Of a stretch of 64,000 nt of DNA, positions 25,161 to 38,816 are shown one piece after another. Made by a program: the position numbers and the translations under genes. The DNA is from Octopus sinensis (lineage: Eukaryota), in NCBI RefSeq assembly GCF_006345805.1, contig NC_043010.1, forward strand, positions 2,356,001 through 2,420,000. The letters run 5' to 3'. The first letter of the stretch is position 1, and every line of letters begins with the position of its first letter. A model generated the notes under the pieces. The model saw only the letters and a list, made by a program, of their open reading frames with translations. It searched no databases and was not told the DNA's origin.

Positions 25161-27744
25161 GGTTCTATTTTATTATAGGCTGGTGATTGCATAGAGCATG
25201 TGTTACATTGGTTGTGTTATATAACTGTGTAGAAATATTTGTAAAATATTTGATTTGTAGAATTTTCAATGCTGTTTGAGCATGGATACTCTGGGCTCCC
25301 TAATGGTCCTCACGTGTTGAGGGCCCTATGCCAATCTATGCTTCTTGTGGATTACTCTCAACCAAGATTTACAATAGACCCCAGTGCTTGCTTTGCCTGA
25401 GGAATGGATCTATAATACTGTTAGGACATCCCCAGCCTATGGGATGTGTTAAATTAAAAGTTTATCAGGTATTCATTCATCATCATCATCATCATCATCG
25501 TTTAACGTCCGTTTTCCATGCTAGCATGGGTTGGATGATTCGACCGGGGTCTGGGAAGCCAGGAGGCTGCACCAGGCTCCAGTCTGATCTGGCAGTGTTT
25601 CTACAACTGGATGCCCTTCCTAACGCAAACCACTCCGTGAGTGTAGTGGGTGCTTTTTACGTGCCAGTGGCACAGGGGCCAGGCGAGGCTGGCAACGGCC
25701 ATGATCGGTTGGTGCTTTTTACGTGTCACCGGCACGGAAGCCAGTCAGGGCAAAGTATATTTATTGTGTTATTATATAAAGCAGAAGAGTTGACTGTTTA
25801 TAATATGTGGTAATTAGGTGGATTTATTTTAAGGGGCAATGATGATGTGGAACGTAATTTCCCAAACACAAAGTAATTAACCCAAGATAACAAATAAATT
25901 CGTTTGGCTGAAGCAATATCAATAGTGCAGTGAGGAGAGACTGTCTTCCCATGCCGCCCACTTCTTTGACCTGAGGTAAGTCTTTATACTTCACAAAATA
26001 AGAGCAGTTTCTAAGCAGGGTAAAAGAGGCCCACACAATCTTTAAAGATGATGATGCTGTCACTGATGAGGATGAGGATGATAATGATGACAGCAATGTT
26101 AATTAAGGGGTTTTTAGTGTTAAGGTGGTAACCAGGCAGAGTCATCCGCAAATCAGTCAAAATGTTTTGTGTCATTTCATTTGACTCTTTATATTCTGAT
26201 CTCAAATCTTGCCAATGTTAACAATGCCTTTCACACTTTTGTGTTGTCTTTCATCCTTTTGGAGTCAAAGTATCGGTCAAGTATTAGGGTCAACGTAATT
26301 AACTTGCCCACCTCCTTTTCAAATCTGCTGACCTTGCACCAAAATTACAAAGAATTATTTATTAAATACCATATTTTAATTTTTATTTTCCTGAAATAAA
26401 AATTATGGAAAACTTAAACACAAAATTTATGCGAAATTATTTGGACAAAATTTTAATCAAAATTTTAAAATTTTAAACAATTGAAATTTTAAAATCAATA
26501 CCTTGATTAAAAACCTTATAATTTTTTTAAATAATCTTTGTTTCATCCAGAGCTTAATTTTTATACGATTTTAAATCTAGCTTTGAGCTTCAATCATTAT
26601 CAACCACAAAATGATTCATTAAGTAGTTTTCTTAATTATAGAATAATTTTGATTTGCTATGCCTTAGTAATCTTTTAGGAAAGGTGTTGAAACAAATATT
26701 GAAAGTTCAGTTGGTACAGAATTTTAAAATATTTCAGAACTACAGGCATTAAAGAACATGAAAATATGAAGAATTAATAACAATAGCACAATATGACTAA
26801 TTAGTAAGGAAAAAAGTTAATTAATTCAACTTGTGTATGACAGATGTGTTTTTCTTGCTATTGGTATTTAAACCCAGCTCAAATTCGATGTAACTGACAT
26901 TCGACAAAAAGCACACTAGTGTACCTTAGGCTACAAGTTCAAATGTATCCAATTGTGTTTCTAAGACAGCAGGGTGTGAATTAAGATTTGACTTATTACT
27001 AGAGCAGGCATGAACAGCCTTTTTCAAGATGCAGGCCATATGATACATGATTCATCAACAGATGGGTCATACTGCTAAAAATATTCAGTGATAAGGCAGC
27101 GAGCTGGCCGAAATGGTAGCACGCCTGGTGAAATGCTTAGTGGTATTTCGTTTGCTGTTATGTTCTGAGTTCAAATTCTGCCAAGGTCAACATTTGTCTT
27201 TCATCCTTTCAGGGTCGATAAATTAAGTACCAGTTATGCACTGGGGGTCGATCTAATCGACTGGCCCCTTCCCCCAAAATTTCGGGCCTTGTGCCTAGTG
27301 TAGAAAAGAAAAATATTCAGTGATTTCTCATTAGGTATGCCATTGAGAAAGTTCCATGGGTTGCAGGTTCAGCAAGATTGATAGGGAAGTTTCCTTGTTG
27401 GTTCATGAAACAATAGAGAACCTCCCTTGATCACTTGTACTAGTATTTACTTTGTCCTGTCAAATTGAAGTTTGGGTCTTAACTATAATCAATATGAGGG
27501 TCAACTAATTATTGTAAGTTACGTAATTGTAATTGCTGTTTTCAGTCATTGGACTGCGACCGTGCTGGAGCTTAGCCAATGAAATAAAATCAAGCCAGGA
27601 TTTCTATTTTACAAAGATTGATAGAATATATTCTATTGTTCTGTTTTTAGTGAAACACATTTTGCTAAAGTTATGGGGACATCAATAAATGACCACCAGT
27701 TGTCAAGTGGCGAATGACAAATATAAACACACACACATATACAC

Positions 27745-28811
27745 ACACACACACATATACACAATGGGCTTCAACACAATCTCTTTCAATCAAATTTTTT
27801 CACAAAGTACTGGTCAGACCAGTGGTATACACGAGTGTAGCTAAGGTATGTGCCACCCAGGGTGGCTCTTCTGTTTGCTGCCTCTGGACCCTACAAAAAA
27901 ACACATATTGCCTACAGCAGACCCGAAAGTGGTGCCACTTTAAAAATGTCACCTGGGGTGGGTCACCCCTTCCAACCCCACCTAGCTATGCAAGTGGTGC
28001 TATAGCAGAAGACATACACCCAAGGTGCATGTGCATATGTATATATAAATTAGAAAAAATCCACCTTTTATCAATTCAAAATGAAAAATTAAATTACACC
28101 ATCTAGAAAATTACATATAATAGAATTATATAATATAATTCATTTTGAATTAATAAAAGGTGGTTTTTTTTTCTAATTTATATATATTATATTTTGTGAA
28201 ATTTGATTTAGTATTTCTAAATTGAATTTTTCCCTGACCCTGACAGCTATACCGGTAGTGTACAGGTTCCTGGTAGAACCTTCCATGATAGACAGATCAT
28301 AGGATATAAGCCAGACTATTTTAGCCCACCTCTTTCTAGAGGTAAAAATGGGTTTGCTTAGGGCCAATATTTCTACATAGAAAAAGACCATATTATGAAA
28401 GCATTGATGACAATTCAAAACGAACAAGCTCTGGGAGAGAAAAGACAGCTCAGTGTTGAGAACAGTGGGAAAAATTCATTGATGGGCTATGTGCCACAGG
28501 CACATAAATAAGGGAGTCTAGCTAGAGATAATCAAACACATCATAGATAGAATACCTATTGGTGATTATCATTCATCCATACATATCATTGATGTGTGTG
28601 TGTGTGGTTGGGGTTACAAAGAGCACCCAGCCATAGAAACCATGCTAGGACAGATAATGGAGGCTGGTGAGGTCCCTGGCCTAACCAGCTCCAGTCTAAT
28701 CAGCCAACTCATGCCAGCATGGAAAATGGACATTAAATGAGAATGATGAGCATGATGATGATGATGATAAACAACAGGGTATTGGGGTTTGTACATATGT
28801 ATGTATGTATG

Positions 28812-28850
<39 letters not shown>

Positions 28851-29068
28851 ATGTATGTATGTATGTATGTATGTATGCAGGTGACAAGCAGTGTCTTTCA
28901 TTTCAAATCTTCTGTGGAAACAGGTGAGGGTTGGTGAGAAGAAGGGCATCTGGTCATAGAAAATCTGCCTCAGCCAATTCCATCCAACCCATGCTAGCAT
29001 GGATAAGTGGACGTTAAAATGATAATGATGTTGATGACAACACACACCTAAACACCAGGGACACACAA

Positions 29069-29103
<35 letters not shown>

Positions 29104-30154
29104 ATGGGCTTCAACACAATCTCTTTCAATCAAATTTTTTCACAAAGTACTGGTCAGACCAGTGGTATACACGAGTGTAGCTAAGGTATGTGCCACCCAG
29201 GGTGGCTCTTCTGTTTGCTGCCTCTGGACCCTACAAAAAAACACATATTGCCTACAGCAGACCCGAAAGTGGTGCCACTTTAAAAATGTCACCTGGGGTG
29301 GGTCACCCCTTCCAACCCCACCTAGCTATGCAAGTGGTGCTATAGCAGAAGACATACACCCAAGGTGCATGTGCATATGTATATATAAATTAGAAAAAAT
29401 CCACCTTTTATCAATTCAAAATGAAAAATTAAATTACACCATCTAGAAAATTACATATAATAGAATTATATAATATAATTCATTTTGAATTAATAAAAGG
29501 TGGTTTTTTTTTCTAATTTATATATATTATATTTTGTGAAATTTGATTTAGTATTTCTAAATTGAATTTTTCCCTGACCCTGACAGCTATACCGGTAGTG
29601 TACAGGTTCCTGGTAGAACCTTCCATGATAGACAGATCATAGGATATAAGCCAGACTATTTTAGCCCACCTCTTTCTAGAGGTAAAAATGGGTTTGCTTA
29701 GGGCCAATATTTCTACATAGAAAAAGACCATATTATGAAAGCATTGATGACAATTCAAAACGAACAAGCTCTGGGAGAGAAAAGACAGCTCAGTGTTGAG
29801 AACAGTGGGAAAAATTCATTGATGGGCTATGTGCCACAGGCACATAAATAAAGGGAGTCTAGCTAGAGATAATCAAACACATCATAGATAGAATACCTAT
29901 TGGTGATTATCATTCATCCATACATATCATTGATGTGTGTGTGTGTGGTTGGGGTTACAAAGAGCACCCAGCCATAGAAACCATGCTAGGACAGATAATG
30001 GAGGCTGGTGAGGTCCCTGGCCTAACCAGCTCCAGTCTAATCAGCCAACTCATGCCAGCATGGAAAATGGACATTAAATGAGAATGATGAGCATGATGAT
30101 GATGATGATAAACAACAGGGTATTGGGGTTTGTACATATGTATGTATGTATGTG

Positions 30155-30190
<36 letters not shown>

Positions 30191-30408
30191 ATGTATGTAT
30201 GTATGTATGTATGTATGCAGGTGACAAGCAGTGTCTTTCATTTCAAATCTTCTGTGGAAACAGGTGAGGGTTGGTGAGAAGAAGGGCATCTGGTCATAGA
30301 AAATCTGCCTCAGCCAATTCCATCCAACCCATGCTAGCATGGATAAGTGGACGTTAAAATGATAATGATGTTGATGACAACACACACCTAAACACCAGGG
30401 ACACACAA

Positions 30409-30439
<31 letters not shown>
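27745..30439. repeat. Near-perfect 1340-bp tandem duplication bounded by (CA)n
   Basis: 27761 aligns with 29101; the differences I saw are a 1-nt A indel and microsatellite changes. Confidence 0.95.
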
Positions 30440-30441
<2 letters not shown>

Positions 30442-31831
30442 AAGTGGACATTAGATTTTCCAGTTGTTCTATGGCCTTAAAAGTTTGGCCATAACTGTAA
30501 GACATAATTTATGAGTCTACATATAATAATCAATTGGAATATGTATTTAATAAAGGGCTGATGAATAACGAATGCTCACTGAAAAGGGCCTTCCATAACA
30601 AAGCTTAACAACTAACAGATTCTCATGTATAATGTAGTCCATCCTGTTTCCAGCATAGCAACCAAACAGATCGATATATACATGTTTGCCTTGCTGACTC
30701 AAACCTTAGATCCTTATTTCAAGGTTATCAGCTTTACCTATATGCAGTTATTGCAGCATGGTGGGCTGTGTGTTTTCTTTCAAATGCTGCATGGCTAATA
30801 GGTCTCTTGGGTGGTGGTGGTCAGAAGTGGAAATTCTGATGATGATGATGACAATGGTGATGTTGACATTGGTGATGATATTGTTGTTATTGTAGATGTG
30901 ATGTTGTTGATGGATGTTGCTGTTATTGTTGTGGTGGTGATGGTGGCGGTAATCAAGATAAATAGAATTTTAAAACCAGACTTTGAGCCTCCAGTTTTAA
31001 AACTGCTACATTGCACATTGCATTGCATGTCTGGAGGGAATGCATGAGTGTGCAGGTAGCTTATCTGCTTCATGCAAATGCAGCAGCGAAATGGAATGAT
31101 TATAACAGTCAGTTAGAGGATGTTGTGTGTGTGTGTGTGTGTGTGTGTGTGGTATGTGGATTGTGGGTGGGGGTGCCTCACAACATTGTAGTTCGCTGAT
31201 GTTTGAATTGCATTTTATGCATTTAGGAAGCAGCTGCAAGCCTGCAACACAAATGCTGTTTCAACATAATATGTGCAGCTACAAGGACAATAGCAGGACC
31301 ATCAGCAGCAGCAACAACAACAGCAAAGCAGAAGAGGTTGTAGGCATTCTATTTGTGGTTCCCATTTTAGAAACAGGAGGAAAATATTTGGAAGGGATTT
31401 TCGTGTTATATTGTACAGATCAAGAAACTCTGTAGAATGTCCTTTATATCTTTCCCTGCAACATCAAGGAAGACACTACATGGTTACTTGATTTACTAGA
31501 TATAATAGCTAAATAGCCTTCAGATTACATTCTACTTTTATCTTTCATTTGTTTCAGTTATATGACTCTGGCCATGCTGGGACACCACCCTAAAGGGTTT
31601 TAATTGAACAAATTGACCCCAGGACTTACCTTTTTTAAAGCCTACTACTTATTCTGTCGGTCTCTTTTGCTGAACAACTAATTTATGGGGGACAAAAACT
31701 CACCAACACTCATTGTCAATTGTGGTGGGGGACAAACACAGACACAAAAATACATACACAAAAAATATGCATACATATATATATATATATGTATCAAATG
31801 AAATAAATGAAAAACAGGACACAAAGGATGT

Positions 31832-31925
31832 TGCGGTACATATGTTTCGGGTTTATAGAACAACTTATTCTTACATCAATACATAATTAATATAATAGAT
31901 AGATCAACAACCTTCTTCAGCCGCA
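31832..31925 (-). ncRNA. Type I hammerhead ribozyme motif in a Penelope-like 3' end
   Basis: TGCGG-CTGAAGA-A-GGTT [~55 nt] AACC-C-GAAAC-ATAT-GTA^CCGCA: 5-bp stem I, intact core, palindromic stem III ACATATGT. Confidence 0.65.
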
Positions 31926-33339
31926 TACAATTGCTAAACCAAAGACTTGTATCACATTATAAAAAGTTTGAGAAAAAACCGAGTTTCATTGGGAAAGTAT
32001 GTTTGTAAATCTTCATAGGCGTACATGATATTATTAGACTCCAATCAAATCGTCCATACCGTCTTTTCATTCGATATAGAATGAATACTGGGTAGATTAC
32101 TTCATATATTACTTCATTTACTTCATTTGATACATATATCCTATCACCTATGCCACTAGCTGGCATATACAGGTGCTTACATTTATCAAGTATTCACCCT
32201 GAATTTATTATACCTAACTATATATACATATATATGTATATATATGGCAGGCTGCTTTCAACTTCCATCCACCAAATCCACACATAAGGCTTTGGTTGGC
32301 CCAAGACTATAGTAGAAGGCACTTGCCCGAGGTGCCACACAATGGGACTGAACCCAGAACTATGTGGTTAGGAAGCAAGGGTCTTACCACAGATTTACAC
32401 ATGCACTTTTTTTCTTAAATTTGAATGAAATAGTCTTAGATATGTGAAGAGATATGACCTAGTGTGCTGCACTCACAATCACACAGCTCAGCAGTTTGAG
32501 CTGTCTTCTGCTAAAGCCCTAGGTCATAGTGCACTGAATTTGATAGATGGAAACAGCATAGATGATCATTTGTGTTTATGCTTGTCTTTGCTGTTAATGC
32601 TTGTCTCCCACCATCATGTGACAACCTGTGTTGGTTTGTTTACATCATGTAACTTAGCAGTTTTCCAAAAGACATTAACAGAATACCAGACTTAAAATAT
32701 ACTGGGGTCAATTTGTTCAACTACACATTCAAGTTGGTACCCAGTATGGCCAGTCTGAAACAAGTAATCTATAAAAAGGTAACACTGAGGATGACCCTAC
32801 ATGATTGCCAGCATTCAGTTCTTGTTTTGTAGCTGTTGTTCTACCCCATAATTTATGATTGCGATTGGGTAAATGGACAGATGCAGAATTAAAAGTTTGC
32901 ATTGTAGAACACATTATTTAACTGTAAGGAGGTTCATTAGGAGTGATGACAGTGATTATGACCCTTCACATCACCATCATCCTCATCATCAACCCCTGGA
33001 CATTACTGCCCCAAGTACTAGGAATCATAAGGCCAGTTACTCATTTTTCATTGGGTATAAGTGACCAAGATCACAGCATTTTCTGTGAATGGGACATGTT
33101 CTGAATTTACAGCTGCGTGGACTGAAGCAACATAAATTGAAGTATTTTGCTCAAGAACAGAATGCACTACCTGGTCCAGGAATTGAAACTATGATCTTGT
33201 AATTGTTAGAACAACACCCTAACCACTAGGCCATGTGTCTTTGGTTTACTTACCACTAAAACCAGTGGAGAGAGAAAGATCCCTTCAAACCAGAGACCTA
33301 GCTTTAACATTTGCAACAGAAAGACTCTGCTAAAGGTAC

Positions 33340-33590
33340 ACAAGGAATCAAGTACCCAATTGGCCAGGTACCCAATGAACTAGCTGTCCAAGGAACCAGA
33401 TGCAGAAGAAACCAGAAACCCAAGGAACTAGGTACCCATGGCACCAGGTATCCAAGGAACCAGGATCCCAAGGAATCAGGTACCCATGAAACCAGGTACC
33501 AAGGAACCAGCTAGCCAAGGAACCAGGTACCCATGGGACCAGGTACCCAAAAAACCAGGAACCCATGGAGCCAGGTATCCAAGGAACCAG
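33340..33590. repeat. Degenerate ~16-bp minisatellite (CCAGGTACCCAWGGAA)
   Basis: Roughly 15 variant units visible. Confidence 0.85.
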
Positions 33591-34181
33591 GAGGTGGTGT
33601 TAAACCAAGTAGTAGGTGCAGGCATGGCAGTGTAATAAGAAATTTGCTTCCCAACCACTTGGTTTCAGGTTCAATTCCACTGCATGACACCTTCAGCAAG
33701 TGTCTTCTGCTTACTATAACCCCAAGCTAACTAAAGCCTTGTGAGTGGATTTAATAGATGGAAACTGAAGGAAGCATGTTGTATATATCTATGTATGTGT
33801 GTGTGTCTTTATGTTTGTGTGTGTTCCCTCCATCACAACACTTGACAACCAGTGTAAGTTTGTTTACATCCCTGTGACTTGGTGGATCAGCAAAAGTTAC
33901 CAATAGAATAAGTAATGTGCTTTAAAAAAATGTATTGAGGTTGATTCATTCAACTAAAATCCTTCAAGGTGGTACTCCAGCATGGCTACATTCCCATGAC
34001 AAATGAAAATAGAATAGATTAAGTCAATCTCTCAAGAATCCCATGGTGGGATTTGAACACAGAGTGCAAATAGCAGGAATAAATACAGCAAACATCCTGT
34101 CAGATTCTTTGAGTAAACCTTTCAGCTTCAAAGATTCTTCAGAAGATCTTGAACTTCTCTTCCACCCAACAAAGTAATAAA

Positions 34182-34696
34182 TTATTTATTTACATTATTT
34201 ACATTTGATGGATATTTGCCCCCATCTTGTTTGTTATTAACACAACATTTTGGCTGATATACCCTGCAGCTTTCATCAGATGTCTTGGGGAAATTTCAAA
34301 CCTGGGTTCTCATTCCTAAGGTATTTTTCAATGTTATTATTATTATTATTACTATTATCATTTAGGTCACTGCCTGGAATCGAACTCGGAATCTTGGGGC
34401 ATATGGTGTAGTGGTTAAGAGCGTGGGCTATTAACCCCAAGATTCTGAGTTCGATTCCAGGTAGTGACCTAAATGATGATGATGATAATAATAATAATAA
34501 TGATGATAACAACAACAACAACAACATCAAAAACACCTTAGGAATGAGAACCCAGGTTCGAAATTTCCCCAAGACACCTGATGAAGGCTGGAGAGTTATC
34601 AGCCAAAACGTTGTGTTAACAACAAACAAGATGATGACAGATATTCATCAACTGTAAATAATGTAAATAATTCTTCATCTCTTAAATATAGAACTG
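34182..34696 (+). mobile_element. tRNA-headed element with Penelope-type hammerhead tail, plus inverted partial copy
   Basis: A box 34404-34414, B box 34449-34458, (AAT/AAC)n, hammerhead-like motif 34573-34617; 34182-34399 is its reverse complement. Confidence 0.8.
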
Positions 34697-35773
34697 AATA
34701 AATGAGTTGTTCCACTTCACAAAGTTTTAGTGCTTACCGTTTACACACAGACCTTCACTATTATTTCTTGGAATCTATCTGTTCACTTTGGCATTGCAAA
34801 ATTAAGAGTTCTTCTTGAATACACTGGGTTGTCAGTTAAATCCATTCATTCTTTTCTTTTCTTTTCTTTTTGCATCTATTTTAATCCTTTTCAATGTTGT
34901 TTGAATTAACGCAAAAAATATTTTTATCAGTCTTATATTCTTTTCTCTTCCAGCTCAATTCTTACTTGAATTTTTTTTTTTTTTTGCCATTTTTGCAATT
35001 TGAATAAATTTTATTTCTTTTCAAACTTATGACAATGGAGTGCCAGGTGAAAAAAAAAAAAGAAAAGAGAAAATAACTAAAAACAAATACATGGATTTAT
35101 CTGACAACTGAATATAATCAAATGCCTGCAAGTAGTAAAACAGTAGTCATCAGCACATCAGGCAACAGTCTTTGCATCATTCGTTCTGACTTCTTGTGTT
35201 CTAAGATCAAATTCCACCAAGGCTGTTGGCATCTACCATCTTTCTAAGGTTGAAAAGTAAAGTGTGAGACTAAAATAGTGGACAGGTGTAATTGTCAGAC
35301 CATCAGATGGGATGTGGTATTTATTGAGACCCTTTGTTATTTGAGTTCAAATCCTACTGTGTCCTGCTCCATAACTCAGTGATAGATTAATGACTGCAAC
35401 CCTAACCCTTAATGACCACAACCTAGTCATCAATCCACCATTCGGTGATGAATTAAGGACCACTTGGGTATTAGATTTAATCCACCACTCAATGACAGAT
35501 TAAGGACCACACCTGGTCATTACGCACATCACTCAGTGACAGATAAAGGACCATCTTTCTGGTACTTGGGTGCCAATCTACTGCAGACATTCAGGCTTGG
35601 TTTCCAGTGTGAGGAAACCTTCCGCCCTCCTACTTATTTCAAGGGTCCAGTAAAGGAACATGGGTTTTATCTTTCCTAAGCAATAAAAAAATTAAGACCA
35701 ATTAATTAGAAGTCCAATATCACTTATATAGAGCATGAGATACACACACACACACACATATACTCTGATAGAG

Positions 35774-35945
35774 CTAGTTGTTGTAGACTGATGATTCAAT
35801 GGAGAGGAGTCCAAAGTCTGCAAGACAGCTGCTCAATCCAGAGAGGGGTGGTGCACTCCAGCTTGCTAACAGAAATTTGTCCATATATTTGCTTTTGCTG
35901 AAAGATTCTGATCTAGAATGCAGCAGTGAGGTAGGATTCTTAGAT
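35774..35945 (-). CDS. Candidate phase-2 exon (SKNPTSLLHSRSESFSKSKYMDKF...; 56 aa to stop, or 75-nt cassette ending 35871)
   Basis: Acceptor catattcttttcag|; 56 open codons; weak internal donor |gttagc gives a 2-2 exon. Confidence 0.45.
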
Positions 35946-37429
35946 CTGAAAAGAATATGTGATTTTTCAGCTATGCATTAGTTGCATTTCTTAGATCCAT
36001 TCACACCACATACAATCAAGTGGAGAATCGTAGAGAAATTCATGCCACATGTTTTATCAATACCACTCAAATATTCGAGACCAAAGCGGTTTCCCTTTGA
36101 TATGCTCTGTTATAACTTACAAAAATCCCCTGGAACCAACCCCACAAAATATATACATTAAGCAAAGATAGGAGATGTAAAAAGATACCTGACTCTTCAA
36201 CCTACATCAGGATTAATGCCTACAAATATTAGTTCAGAATTTTGGCATAGGCCAGCAATTTTAGGGGAGGGAGTATGCTGATTACATCAACTGGTACCTA
36301 TTTTATAAACCCCAAACAGATGAAAGGAACCCTGACCTCAGCAGAATTTGAACTCAGAATGTAAAGAGCTGGAAGAAATGCCACTAAGCATTTTGTGGCA
36401 ACTCCCCACCTTCAAATGATACCTGGCAAACACTCTACATCTGTGTATTTTTCCTACTGATAATGCCAACCATGTCTGAAGGTTTGAATTTATGGCTAAC
36501 ACTTCATCACTTGGCCAATCAATGACACTTTCATGACAAAATTCTTTTTCATCAGGGAACACCTGAGACTACATACAGCAGCAACCAACACCACTACAAC
36601 AACAAACTAGAATGGGATATAATGATGAAATTATCATTGATTAGAGGAGGCAATTAAGCCAGACATAGCTTGAACCAATATTTGCTAACATTAAGATGAT
36701 AATTAGAAATAATAATGGGGTGAAGAAAAGACAATATTTAGTTAATGGCTAACATACTTTTAATTATTCTGTTTGTCATAATATATTTTTGAATTTTACA
36801 CTCTACAAGCTAAACTATGGAACACAACCAAAGACCTAATCAAAATATTTAATACAATGAAACAATGTTATGACAAACCAGAAATTTATGCCTAAATATA
36901 GAAATAAGACCATTTATAAAATATTTAATTTCTACTAGTCCCTGCTAAGAACACAGCAGCAAATATGTTTCAGTCTTATTAGAACTCTTCAATATAACAG
37001 ATTTCACCATATTCACTGAAACAGTGATGAAACTCAATAGAGTATTGCATACTTGTTGGTATAACAAATTAATCAGAGATTATTTAAATACAAATAAGCT
37101 ATTGAAAATCTCTTGCAACATAAACATATATGAGTTCGGTTAATAGCAATAACATACCTGGTGTTCCCTTGAGCCCAGTTAGTACAAGGGAGATAATCAT
37201 ATCTCCATGATATTTGACAGGATTACAAGTTTGAATTTCAAATTAAGGAACAAGGAAGAAAATGCACAGAAGATATGCGTTTAATTTGTTTTCTTATTTA
37301 TAATGTCTCAAAACTTTTTAGTCTTAGATAATGATGTATAGCACCATTTCATTCTTATTAGAAATTATCAGCATGATATAATCTGTAGTATATAAATTAA
37401 ACTAAACTAAAGATTTCTTTTAAATGGAA

Positions 37430-37815
37430 AATAATAGCTATATATGTAAAGTCAGTCACCACATCAAAGTGGTTGTTCCATATTACTACCAGTGGATCTT
37501 TCAGACATCGCTTCTGTGACCACCAGTCATTCTTCAGAGTCTGAGAAATACATTTTGTCACATCCCTGGCCAGCCATGTGTGGTACCTCAAAGATCAAGG
37601 AACCCCATATGATATCAGGTGGAAAATAATAGATCATCCAGGCCTGTAGATTAACAGTTGTGACGGTTGCAAAACCTACATTGCGGAGTGAACCAAAATT
37701 CTTAAGGACTCTGCTAAACCTGGTGCCTTGAATAGTCGTAAGGAAGTTTTCTCTAAATGTGAACATTTCAAATGCTACCTGCTGGAAAACTGGATATACC
37801 CGTTTGCTAGTTTGG
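37430..37815 (+). mobile_element. Penelope-like GIY-YIG endonuclease C-terminal relic
   Basis: FRHRFCDHQSFF...TSLASHVWYLKDQGTPYDIRWKII...LNSRKEVFSKCEH, characteristic of the PLE endonuclease tail; has stops. Confidence 0.75.
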
Positions 37816-37889
<74 letters not shown>

Positions 37890-38780
37890 CATCGTGATCA
37901 CCATGACCGACCAGGCTATCAGATGTTGCTACACATCGCTGGTCACAATGCTTTTCACATTGTTTTAGCCTTCAAATGATGCCACCCCGCTGGCTAAGCG
38001 AGAAGGGCAATATATGTATATATATATATGTGTGTGTGTGTATGTGTGTATATATATATGAATGAGGTACACATGTATCTCTCCTACACCCATTCCAGTC
38101 CCTCTTTCCTACTGTAGCCTCTCTAAACTTGGCACAAAGCTACTCCACTCAATATTACACCCTACTCTGTTGAGGGATCTTGTCTCACAAGTTACTTGGT
38201 GACACCACATGTGCTGGTACTACAAAAAGAAAAAAATCACCAGCTACTTTCTGTAAATTTGTTGGCATTAGAAAAGGCATCCAACTGTAGAAAACTTGCC
38301 AAAGCAGACCCTAGAAACCAATACAGCCCTTATGCTCGTTAGTTGCTGTCAAACCATGAAGCCTAAACATTAAATGATGTGGTATAGTGCATAGGCAAAG
38401 GCATGGCTATATGGTTAAGAAACTGGCTTCCTAACCATGTGGTATCAGGTTCAGTCCCTCTGTGCATCACCTAGGGCAAATGTCTTCTACCACAGCCCCA
38501 TCCAACTATAAAGCCATGTGACTGGATTTGGAAGAGGGAAACTGAAAAATGTGTGTGTGTGTTTTTGTGTTTTGTCCTTGCCCTGACAACACGTAAAGGT
38601 TGTAAATGAGCATCACCGTCAGGCAAGCAAGGTCATTCATTTCCAATTTTTTTGTGAAAAATATATCTAACCATCGGAATACATTATCTCACTTGGAAAC
38701 ACTTAAGGGCCGGATGACGGGAAAGGCGTCTGTCTGACCCATGCAAGCATAGGAAAATGGACGTTAGATGATGATGACAA

Positions 38781-38816
<36 letters not shown>

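Noticed and set aside
33340-33590. CRISPR-like regular repeats
   Set aside because: Head-to-tail minisatellite without unique spacers; eukaryotic context, no cas genes.
34396-34470. tRNA gene
   Set aside because: No acceptor-stem pairing or terminator; it is the head of a mobile element.
36423-36562. Protein-like minus ORF VFPDEKEFCHESVIDW...
   Set aside because: Poor acceptor, phase 0 start, no recognisable homology; left unresolved.
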